A stretch of 64,000 nt of DNA. It comes from Desulfomonilia bacterium. GTDB taxonomy: Bacteria > Desulfobacterota > Desulfomonilia > UBA1062. The notes below the pieces were generated by a model that was given only the letters and a program-made list of their open reading frames with translations, made no database searches and had not been told where the DNA came from. A program made the position numbers and the translations under genes. Location of the stretch: positions 153-64,152 of the forward strand of contig JBEKDT010000002.1 of assembly GCA_050014195.1 (NCBI GenBank). The letters are read 5' to 3'. Positions 22,746 through 31,049 of this stretch are shown in pieces; positions within the stretch are counted from its first letter, which is position 1, and every line of letters begins with the position of its first letter.

Positions 22746-23489
22746 TTACAATCCATTACGAATATAACCAAGGACGCGGACCTTGAGAACAGGCGATTTT
22801 TTACTGCTCGTTTTCAGATAAATGTTGTCGATATACCAACCCTTTTCCTGTTTCACATTATAAATGGTAAGTTGATATCTTATACCGTCCGGTAGATCCG
22901 TCTCAGCCAGGTCACATCGAATATTATCTCCTTTTTCCGCCTTCACTTCCAATATCCTGAAGCGGTTTTCGCTCCTCGGAGCTATGGTCACCGTTTGCTT
23001 GATTTTCTGACCGACATTGCCGGTCAACCGTGCCTCAGTTGGGGTGATGTCTGCAACAGGTCTTACCACCCCTGAAATCACCAGGCTGAATTCAGACTTC
23101 TTCTTGTCATTTGTCCGTACAAATATGGTCTTTGTAACATGCTGCCCGCCATAGTTTCCCGTATCCAGCTTAATGGCTATTTTACCCTCCCTTCCGGGGG
23201 GGATCTGCCTCGAATAAGAGACCGTCGTGCACCCGCAGTCGGGTTTCACGTCTCTCAGGTCTAACTCTGATGTCCCTTTATTCAGCACAACAAAGTCATG
23301 CCGCACCTCTTCCCCCTCGATAACCGGCGAAAATTCATAATATTCCCCGGGTATATAGATATGAGGTGAGGCAGAGGTTCCGGTTTTGGCGTGATAAGAG
23401 CCATACCAGAACAATATGATGAAGAACAGAATCAGAAAGACAGAAAATATTTTTATTCTCATATCTTCACACGGACTCGCATTGAACAT
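22746..23489 (-). CDS. Secreted DUF1573 domain protein
   Basis: Signal peptide; DUF1573-type motif with paired Cys (VKPDCGCTT); beta-sandwich-like remainder. Confidence 0.6.
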   Translation of the reverse strand: MFNASPCEDMRIKIFSVFLILFFIILFWYGSYHAKTGTSASPHIYIPGEYYEFSPVIEGEEVRHDFVVLNKGTSELDLRDVKPDCGCTTVSYSRQIPPGREGKIAIKLDTGNYGGQHVTKTIFVRTNDKKKSEFSLVISGVVRPVADITPTEARLTGNVGQKIKQTVTIAPRSENRFRILEVKAEKGDNIRCDLAETDLPDGIRYQLTIYNVKQEKGWYIDNIYLKTSSKKSPVLKVRVLGYIRNGL

Positions 23490-23580
23490 GACGCAAGGCT
23501 GTTCTCATAAGATCCGTCTCCCTATTCATAAAGAAATATCCTGAAACAATTGTTCGGAAAAGGCCTTACCTGTTTGCGGG

Positions 23581-24627
23581 CTAATTTCTCCCATATATGT
23601 GCGGCCTCTTGAATCGGAAGAAATTATCTTTTTCCTCGAGTTCAATGGTATTCGCCTCATCATTAAAGTATTGCCCTCTCAACGCGTTCAATTGCTCTTC
23701 CTGCTCCGTTCCTTGGTATGTCTGCACAACCTCATCGCGCTTCTGCATATACTCCAGGCCGACCTGCCAGCGCTGGTCATTGTCTGCGTCGTGTGCTGCC
23801 ATAATTTCAATCTGCTGCTCAGGGATTCCCATCTTCCTGCGGATGTTGTTTATTTCCCATTGGCGTTGCTCGGGGTTCATCTGTTTCAGTACATCTTGGA
23901 CGGAATCAATGCTGAAAAATATCTTGGAGAGCATATTCGGATCGTCAAGCATAAGTTCCTCCGGAGCACCTTTAAACGTTTCATGCAGAGAGCCCTGATA
24001 CATTTCTAATTTCTCATCAAGGGTCGTATCGTTGGATTTACCTAAAACGGCCAGGGTATCTTTAAACTTTGCTTTTCTTAATTCTGATGAGAGCATTTCA
24101 CCTGTCCAGATTTTCTCGGCATCATCGCCGAAAAGTTCCCTTCTCTTTTTCCATAAGGCAGCAGCCCTCTCCTCCTCGGTCATTTGAGAGAGCATCGTTT
24201 TATTGTCCTCAAGCCAACGGTTGTACTGATCCATTTTATCCAATGTTTTCATGATATCGTCGGCATAATCCGGAAATGCACGCTTAAGAATATCGTAGAA
24301 AAAGGCCTTCCCGTTCACCGGGTGAGTTCCCAGGATGAAATCCCTTAAACTGATAAGGCTCGTTTGAAGGCTTTTATCCGATATCTGTTTGCCATAGTAC
24401 TTCTTCAATTGGCTGACCATCTTGTCAATAGTAGAATCATTCTGGAGTAGTAGGGCAAGAGGAGCCATTACGCTCTCTTTATGGACTACTTTAGACTGAG
24501 CAGGCCTTTCATGGGTATTGTGTATGATGAAAAAATAGCCGAAAGCGATGAGCAATACGACTGCGGCAATACTGATTGATATAGCAGTTATTTTGGTTTT
24601 TCTGTCCATATTTACTTTCTTCTCCAA
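23581..24627 (-). CDS. Membrane-anchored lipase-specific foldase (Lif)-like chaperone
   Basis: N-terminal TM anchor and a long helical domain. Segments LFGDDAEKI, NDTTLDEKL and ALRGQYFNDEA parallel the Lif/LipB motifs FFGDEQRRQ, NDTTLSPEQK and LRQQTF. Confidence 0.5.
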   Translation of the reverse strand: MEKKVNMDRKTKITAISISIAAVVLLIAFGYFFIIHNTHERPAQSKVVHKESVMAPLALLLQNDSTIDKMVSQLKKYYGKQISDKSLQTSLISLRDFILGTHPVNGKAFFYDILKRAFPDYADDIMKTLDKMDQYNRWLEDNKTMLSQMTEEERAAALWKKRRELFGDDAEKIWTGEMLSSELRKAKFKDTLAVLGKSNDTTLDEKLEMYQGSLHETFKGAPEELMLDDPNMLSKIFFSIDSVQDVLKQMNPEQRQWEINNIRRKMGIPEQQIEIMAAHDADNDQRWQVGLEYMQKRDEVVQTYQGTEQEEQLNALRGQYFNDEANTIELEEKDNFFRFKRPHIYGRN

Positions 24628-24687
24628 ACGGGTTACGAGGAAACAGCACGCTCTATACTAATTTTTCCGTGTAATTCAGGTGCAGGC

Positions 24688-24736
24688 AAAATAAAAAAAG
24701 GGTCACGACGATCCTTTTTAAAAGCTCTCGTGACCC
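24688..24736 (-). terminator. Rho-independent terminator between the SGNH hydrolase gene and the foldase-like gene
   Basis: On the minus strand, GGGTCACGA (19-nt loop) TCGTGACCC is followed by TTTTTTTATTTT. Confidence 0.7.
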
Positions 24737-24926
24737 TTCGGTATTAACTAGAAAGTGCACGTTGTTATTATATCGCCACTCCCTTGCTCTCGAGCCCTGA
24801 TTGCCGTTTTCACAGCCATCACAGCTTCCACCCGCATGTCTCCATCTTCTCCTCGAACTGCCTTAAAAGCTACTCGTCAGCCACCCGGTCTTTCACATCC
24901 GGGTTATGATGCTCTCGTCTCCGTTA

Positions 24927-25685
24927 TTAAAGAACGGATTTGAGATAGGGCCAGATCAAGGATGCGCATTTGTATGAGCCCGAATCAGCGGGATGTACCC
25001 CGTCGATGAGGATATCCGAGTTGTTGATGTACGGCCGGGGATCAACACATACACGGTAATTGTTTACAGCAGTCGCGTTCGTGACTTCCTTAACAATCAT
25101 TGTATCCCCGTAATCGACTGCCGTGTTTAATGTTGACAAGTTTCCCAAGATACCGTCTTTACAATGATAATATTCTAAAAAAATGATATTCTTCACGCCG
25201 TCTCTGCCAATCTGGTTCAAAAAATTCACGTGTTCAACGTATCCGTCGTTTATCAATGCTGTACATGTCGCTGAAAGTGTGTGCCCCGGGTAAGTCTTGC
25301 ATTGATAAGGATCAAAAAGGATGGCAGGCAATAAAACTTCATTGCCTCCACCGTCCATGAAAATTGTCTTGATATTGCTACTATCACTTCTTGCTATGGC
25401 ATATTCCGTCTCAATATCGGTAGAAGTAAGCGAGCTGGCACCTTGCATATAAGCGCCCACAACGCAATAATTGCGGAAGGTTTGCCAGGCAAACAACTGC
25501 AAATAATTATGAATCCCTCCGGTCAGGGCATAAATGGAATCTCCTATATTAACGACATCGTTTCGGGTGGCAATCCGTATCCATGGTACGGAGACAAAAT
25601 TACCAAGAACACAAGCTGATCCCATTGCAAGTAATACCAAACAGACAGTGATACGAACAGCGAACCATGATTTGATTCTTTTCAT
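24927..25685 (-). CDS. Secreted SGNH/GDSL-family hydrolase (lipase/esterase-like)
   Basis: Signal peptide; block I GDSIYA, block III and block V DGVHPADSG. Confidence 0.75.
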   Translation of the reverse strand: MKRIKSWFAVRITVCLVLLAMGSACVLGNFVSVPWIRIATRNDVVNIGDSIYALTGGIHNYLQLFAWQTFRNYCVVGAYMQGASSLTSTDIETEYAIARSDSSNIKTIFMDGGGNEVLLPAILFDPYQCKTYPGHTLSATCTALINDGYVEHVNFLNQIGRDGVKNIIFLEYYHCKDGILGNLSTLNTAVDYGDTMIVKEVTNATAVNNYRVCVDPRPYINNSDILIDGVHPADSGSYKCASLIWPYLKSVL

Positions 25686-25906
25686 CTGACACCTCCTATA
25701 TGATCAATTAATTTTTAAGAAATTAATTTCTTAACTCATAACAAAGAACTACAGGTCTTGATCTCTTCTTTTCTAAATATATAATCTAGTACTATTTTAT
25801 TTATTTATATATTAAGCATAGTTTATAGTCAATAGTTTTCTTTTACAGGATCTGCATAAAGAGCAAGATTCTTCCGTTCTCCTCATTTCAGAAACAGAAG
25901 GACGCC

Positions 25907-26219
25907 ATGGCTAAGTACAAGCCTTACACCCAGGCACAGGACATGCTGATACCGGTATCGTTGGAAGGAACAGCTTATGCCCGAGACTTTGGAATTCGCG
26001 ATCCAGACGCTTGCAGATGAGCGTATGGACGTGAGCATATTCGATGAGAAGTACCGCAATGATAAGACCGGGCGGCGGGCATATGATCCCCGTATTCTGC
26101 TGAAGGTGGTACTGCCGGGGTATTCACGGGGACTGATCTCGTCGAGGGAGATCGAGCAGGCATGCCGGGCCTGGTGGGATCAACCTCTCAAAGATCATGG
26201 TAGAAAAGATCGAGAGTGA
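25907..26219 (+). mobile_element. Remnant of an IS5/IS1182-type transposase gene (N-terminal DUF772-like region only, frameshifted)
   Basis: MAKYKPYTQAQDMLIPVSLE in one frame continues as ...FDEKYRNDKTGRRAYDPRILLKVVLPGYSRGLISSREIEQACR in another frame (offset 70 nt = +1 shift), then diverges. This is about 100 aa of an expected >400 aa. Confidence 0.65.
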
Positions 26220-26227
26220 AAAAGGGC

Positions 26228-26345
26228 GTAAGATCTACTACCCCTTTGACCTCAAAAGGAACAAACACATGGAATATCTCAAGCATCGAGGATAATTCTC
26301 GGGATGTGCCCCTTGACCAAATGATGGAGACGTTTCGCAGAGACA
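26228..26345 (+). repeat. Diverged duplicate (~90% identity) of the 3' end of the transglutaminase-like gene (21870-21987)
   Basis: The two nucleotide stretches align (ctaccacccctttgacctc...aacaaaca.atggaatatctcaagcatcgagga...gatgtgccccttgacca.atgatggagacgtttcg); the frame is broken by a stop in the copy. Confidence 0.8.
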
Positions 26346-26523
26346 GCGTTTCGAACAGTGTTATAAGTAATATCCCGATTTGCCGGTGCACCCCCCTGAT
26401 TTTTAGATCCTGGTTCATCGCAGCAGTTCGGTAATCTTGACTCTTATTCATTAATTATTCGCATTTTACCGATGAGGGATCAACAATGTTTTATAGAACA
26501 AGCGCACAGGGGAGACAGAGTAC

Positions 26524-26826
26524 ATGGCCAAGCTGAATTGCTGGGAATTCAAAAAATGCGGACGTGAGCCAGGCGGAGCCAAGGTTCCTGAACTGGGTGT
26601 ATGCCCTGCAGCCGTTGAGGACCGTGCAAACAGAATCAACAGCGGGCAAAACGGGGGCCGTGCATGCTGGGCAATATCAGGCACATTATGCGGCGGTAAA
26701 ATACAGGGTACTTTTGCAGCTAAATTATCCAACTGCCTGGAATGTGAGTTTTACAAGCTGGTAGGTCAGGAAGAAGGCCCGAATCTTGAGAAGACAAAGG
26801 ATATCTTGGCAAAACTAAAGAATTAA
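26524..26826 (+). CDS. Small standalone two-CW-like cysteine-rich protein
   Basis: 100 aa with two CW motifs (NCWEFKKCGRE and RACWAISGTLCGG) plus a CLEC pair; 8 Cys in total; no signal peptide. Confidence 0.5.
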   Translation: MAKLNCWEFKKCGREPGGAKVPELGVCPAAVEDRANRINSGQNGGRACWAISGTLCGGKIQGTFAAKLSNCLECEFYKLVGQEEGPNLEKTKDILAKLKN

Positions 26827-26942
26827 GACCTTATGCCCGTACCTGATAATAACACAGAACACCATCTTCCTCGATAGTGTTCAAATCGGGCTGAGGCTTT
26901 ATGCCCGCCTGTACAAAGGCTCCCAACGATCTTGTACGTCGA

Positions 26943-28004
26943 TCACTTCGTTGTCGTCTTTTCCTCTTGAGCCTTTTCCTTCTGATCACCGACCAGGGTT
27001 TGGATGATCTCCTGGAGATAGGGCCTGTCCCTGCTGCCGATATACTTGACAGGGAACTTGATGATGCGCAGCTCGGCATATTGCGTTATTCCGCCATCCT
27101 TCAGATCCTGGTAATCCTTGATGAGCCTTTTATCCAGCCTGTCCCTGAACATATCAAGATCGCGGATGGAAACATATTTCGTGAGGAGAACCCCTACCCT
27201 CATGTCCATGTCAAGGACGCTGTTGTCGATGTACGGCAAATCATAAAAGGTGATTACAAACGAAGGGGCCTTGAATGCCTGATCCGATGACTTGCTCTTG
27301 GTATATTCCAGCGAGATGTCCACCATGCCGTCGGAGATATCGTCGGGTTTGATCTCCACCGGGATCTTGGACCCATTTCCATTTGAAACGGATTCATCCT
27401 TTATGGTCTGGATATTGCCGTCCTTGTCCTTCAATACGACGATCCCCTGCACGACTGTCCCCGGAAGGGACGCCAGGGCATTGAGCTGTTTGACCGAGAG
27501 GTTCCTGCCCACCCTGCGCAGCTCTGCGCGCATGGCAAAGTAATCGCCACGCTGCCCTACCGTAAAGCCTTTTTCATCGTAGATCTTCTTGGTGAGCTCA
27601 GTGTCGAGATCCTCGAAAAGCGGCCTGATGTCTACCGTGTCAAAGTTGCGGGACAGCAGGTCGAGGAACATTACCTGCTGTTTGATTGTGTGGACATCAT
27701 CAGGGTTGATATCCTTGGATACAAACCCCTTTGCAAACATGGCATTGAAAAGCATCTCGAACATCTTGGCCCGGATGGTGTTGTCGGAGCTCTCACGCTC
27801 CGTCATGATATTCGTGTACACCTGCCGCATCTCGGAAGCCTTGTTGAGCTGGGTCTGCTGCAGATTGTACCAGCCGCCCATGACGGCCACCACGGCAGCG
27901 AGGAATGCCGGGCCGAGTGACTTCAAGATATCCCATATGTCCTTCTTTTCATGTATCTCTCCCGTGTGCTTCTCATCTGCATGCTTTGCTTCGAAAATAT
28001 CCAT
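26943..28004 (-). CDS. Hypothetical single-TM membrane protein
   Basis: 353 aa with one TM near residue 30 and no recognisable domain; separated from the upstream small secreted gene by a 15-bp gap. Confidence 0.55.
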   Translation of the reverse strand: MDIFEAKHADEKHTGEIHEKKDIWDILKSLGPAFLAAVVAVMGGWYNLQQTQLNKASEMRQVYTNIMTERESSDNTIRAKMFEMLFNAMFAKGFVSKDINPDDVHTIKQQVMFLDLLSRNFDTVDIRPLFEDLDTELTKKIYDEKGFTVGQRGDYFAMRAELRRVGRNLSVKQLNALASLPGTVVQGIVVLKDKDGNIQTIKDESVSNGNGSKIPVEIKPDDISDGMVDISLEYTKSKSSDQAFKAPSFVITFYDLPYIDNSVLDMDMRVGVLLTKYVSIRDLDMFRDRLDKRLIKDYQDLKDGGITQYAELRIIKFPVKYIGSRDRPYLQEIIQTLVGDQKEKAQEEKTTTK

Positions 28005-28019
28005 AGTGCCTCTGACAGG

Positions 28020-28319
28020 TTACTTGAGTGAAAAATCGCGCCTTGTTTCCCCGGGACCGACAAAGATCTTCCATTCATTCTTCTCTTTGATTGCAACAAT
28101 ATATGTGCCTGGTTTGATGTCCTTGAATGCATAAGAACCATCCTTGGCAGTTGATACCGGCTCACCGACCTGGATGCCCTTGGCATCTTTGAGCACTATC
28201 TTTACCACTGCAGGCTTCCCGTCCTTATCCGTTACAATACCGTGAAGGTCGGCTGCATGAAGGACTGAGAAGCCGGCAATACCCAGTATGACCGCAAGCG
28301 CAATGAACACCTTTTTCAT
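28020..28319 (-). CDS. Small secreted carboxypeptidase-regulatory-like (beta-sandwich) domain protein
   Basis: AAGGAGG RBS before the second Met; signal peptide MKKVFIALAVILGIAGFSVLHA; then LHGIVTDKDGKPA...DGSYAFKDIKPGTYIV, the same fold signature as the repeats in the 5588 gene. Confidence 0.6.
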   Translation of the reverse strand: MKKVFIALAVILGIAGFSVLHAADLHGIVTDKDGKPAVVKIVLKDAKGIQVGEPVSTAKDGSYAFKDIKPGTYIVAIKEKNEWKIFVGPGETRRDFSLK

Positions 28320-28540
28320 CCCTGCCTCCTTTTTCTTTACGTCCCGAGATACACCCAATGTATTTATCTGTCATGACTATTGTATCATGTTTCAAAACAA
28401 ATAATAACGTTGTTGAGGTAAACAAGAGGTGTTGTACCAGCTCTGAAGGGCCAAAGGGAACCTTATGCCTTGCCCATGTGCAGACCCCGTGGTAATTAAT
28501 GCTTAATCTTCAATAGTCCGCGCCTGATGAGGATATACCC

Positions 28541-29275
28541 ATGCACATCAATAAGGTGACATTCCATCCTGAAAGCTATCCGGTTAACGACATCTACCCC
28601 TTCAATCTCCAGACCCTGCACAACACCCTGGATCTTGTCTTCGAGACAAACATCACCTTTTTCATCGGTGAGAACGGTTCGGGCAAATCCACTCTCTTAA
28701 AGGCCATTGCGAGGAGAAGCGGCATCCATATCTGGGAGGAGGACCGCGGTCGCTTCGGCAACAACCCCTATGAAGAGGATCTGTTCAAGCATATCGATGT
28801 TTCCTGGACGTGTGATAAAAAACCCGGGGCATACTTCTCATCAGAGAGATACCAGCATCTGGCCAAGATCATTGACGAGTGGGCCATCTCCGACCCCAGG
28901 CTGCTGGACTACTTCGGAGGAAAATCCCTCATGTCCCAGTCCCATGGCGAATCGTTCATGGCATTCTTCCGGTCACGCTATAAAATCGAAGGGCTCTACT
29001 TCATGGATGAGCCCGAGACGGCACTCTCCCCCCGCAGACAGATCGAGTTCGTGCAACTTCTTTCCAGCCAAAGCCGCGACGGCCATGCCCAGTTCATCAT
29101 TGCAACACACTCGCCCATCCTTCTGAGCTGCCCTGGCGCCACCATCGTGTCATTTGATCATCATACGTTAAAGATGATTCCATACGAAAACACGGATTAT
29201 TATCTCATCTACCGCGACTTCCTGCTCCACCGGGAGCAATATCTGACAGAATGCATCGAGGGTGAACCTAAATAG
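28541..29275 (+). CDS. Small ABC-like P-loop ATPase (AAA_21 / predicted ATPase type)
   Basis: Walker A GENGSGKST, Q-loop-like SQSHGE, Walker B LYFMDEPE, H-loop IATHSP; 244 aa with no transmembrane or transporter domain. Confidence 0.65.
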   Translation: MHINKVTFHPESYPVNDIYPFNLQTLHNTLDLVFETNITFFIGENGSGKSTLLKAIARRSGIHIWEEDRGRFGNNPYEEDLFKHIDVSWTCDKKPGAYFSSERYQHLAKIIDEWAISDPRLLDYFGGKSLMSQSHGESFMAFFRSRYKIEGLYFMDEPETALSPRRQIEFVQLLSSQSRDGHAQFIIATHSPILLSCPGATIVSFDHHTLKMIPYENTDYYLIYRDFLLHREQYLTECIEGEPK

Positions 29276-29332
29276 AGAATATGCATAAATGAAATTAGAT
29301 GGATCATAGAATCACAAGTCAGGAGGATCTTT

Positions 29333-29956
29333 ATGCCTATGGAAAATCGCGACATAATGGCCTTTGCGATAACACGGCTTCGAGGGAAATGGGGCGTGCC
29401 TGTTGCAACCTTCCTGGTATACCTGGTGATAACGTTCGGTCTGGATTTAATACCCGTCATTGGGTGGATAGGCGGTTTCATAATCGCAGGCCCGCTCCTT
29501 GTCGGCCTGCATGTCTTTGCACTTTCCATTGTCCGTAACAAAGAAGCAAAAACAGGGCAACTCTTTGATGGTTTCCCCTTCTTTGCGAACGGCCTTGTCG
29601 CCTACATCCTGGCCTTAGTATTTACCTGCCTCTGGACTCTGCTGCTCATAGTGCCGGGCATCATGGCCGGTTTATCATATTCCATGACATTCTTTATCCT
29701 TGCTGATGATATGCAACTTGACGGTCTTGAAGCTATCCGCAGAAGCAAAGCCATGATGTACGGGCACAGGTGGAGGCTATCCTGCCTGTTGGGTAGATTC
29801 ACCGGCTGGATACTATTAGGTATATTTACCCTTGGGATAGGTTTCCTCTGGATCGGGCCATACCTTATGGTAAGTGTTGCAAAATTCTATGAAGATATTC
29901 ATATCTTTGAACAATCGTCCCGACAGAGAGTGCCGGGAATAGCCCCGATCACCTGA
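29333..29956 (+). CDS. DUF975-family polytopic membrane protein
   Basis: N-terminus RLRGKWGVPVATFLVYLVI and four or five TM helices in the DUF975 arrangement. Confidence 0.55.
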   Translation: MPMENRDIMAFAITRLRGKWGVPVATFLVYLVITFGLDLIPVIGWIGGFIIAGPLLVGLHVFALSIVRNKEAKTGQLFDGFPFFANGLVAYILALVFTCLWTLLLIVPGIMAGLSYSMTFFILADDMQLDGLEAIRRSKAMMYGHRWRLSCLLGRFTGWILLGIFTLGIGFLWIGPYLMVSVAKFYEDIHIFEQSSRQRVPGIAPIT

Positions 29957-29976
29957 CTAATAATTCAAAGGAGGCA

Positions 29977-30426
29977 GTGACGTTGCCGGGTTATTCAGAA
30001 AAGTATGTCACTATAGCAACATACATCGGAGCCTGGGAGGCCCACTTGGCCCGAGCAAAGTTGGAATCTGAAGGGATCTACGCCATTGTCCTGGATGATC
30101 AGACAGCCAGTATAAACTGGATATATTCGAGTTCACTCGGCGGAGTGAGACTGCAAGTAAGAGAAGAAGACAGCGAAAGGGCGATTCATCTCTTGGAGAC
30201 AACTGCTGAGGAGGGGCCTGCCATACAACGGGAATGTCCGGCTCTTGATACGACTGCCCCTACATGTCCTGCATGCGGCAGTTCAAACATCAGCCGTGCG
30301 AGATTTTCTTCGCCTGTTACGGTTCTTTCATTTTTACTGTTCGGCCTTCCTTTTCTTTTCAATCGCAAGCGGGTTGTATGCATGAATTGCGGCAGGAAAT
30401 GGAGGCGGACACCAGGGCGGTTTTAA
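29977..30426 (+). CDS. DUF2007-like (putative signal-transducing) domain protein with C-terminal zinc ribbon
   Basis: N-terminal YxxxEAHLARAKLESEGI pattern; CPACG...CMNCG pair flanking a hydrophobic helix. Confidence 0.5.
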   Translation: MTLPGYSEKYVTIATYIGAWEAHLARAKLESEGIYAIVLDDQTASINWIYSSSLGGVRLQVREEDSERAIHLLETTAEEGPAIQRECPALDTTAPTCPACGSSNISRARFSSPVTVLSFLLFGLPFLFNRKRVVCMNCGRKWRRTPGRF

Positions 30427-31049
30427 CATAAAGCGGTCCCTTCAGGAAACTCTTGAGCATGAATTCCGACCCCATGGGCCGTGTCGTGGAAAATGAGATG
30501 TATTATGAAATGTATAAATTGTATAAATTAAGATTTGATCTTACAAAATATCTTCGATGGTATATTGTATAAATTGAGGTGTCCAACCTTGTATACCTTA
30601 TAGAACTATATACAGTGCCTCTCTACGTAGCGTGTCGAGATCTCCGAATGATATCTTCAGTATTAACTGACTAGAGATAACCTCACGCTATGTGTACTTT
30701 CTAAAGGATAAAATATCACTGTTTTCTCGTGGATATCTTTCGCGAAAGAAGGTATTGCTATAATTCAGGAAGGGATTTTGAATGGTTCATTTCAGCTCTT
30801 ATAATTAAGTAGTTAAGTAGTTAGGATATATTGCTTGCCGTATTGGGTATATATTATGGACCAAACACGGAGATCTAGACGTATTTATTGCAAATTATCT
30901 GAGCCATTCGCAGTCCGAGATAATATTATGGGTGTGTGTTTTCAAAAACACGGCAAGCAGTATAATTATTGTTGAGCTTTCAATCTCACTGGAGCAAATA
31001 CTCTAAGCCCGAAGGACATGGAGAATAAATAAGAAGGAGAAACACAACA

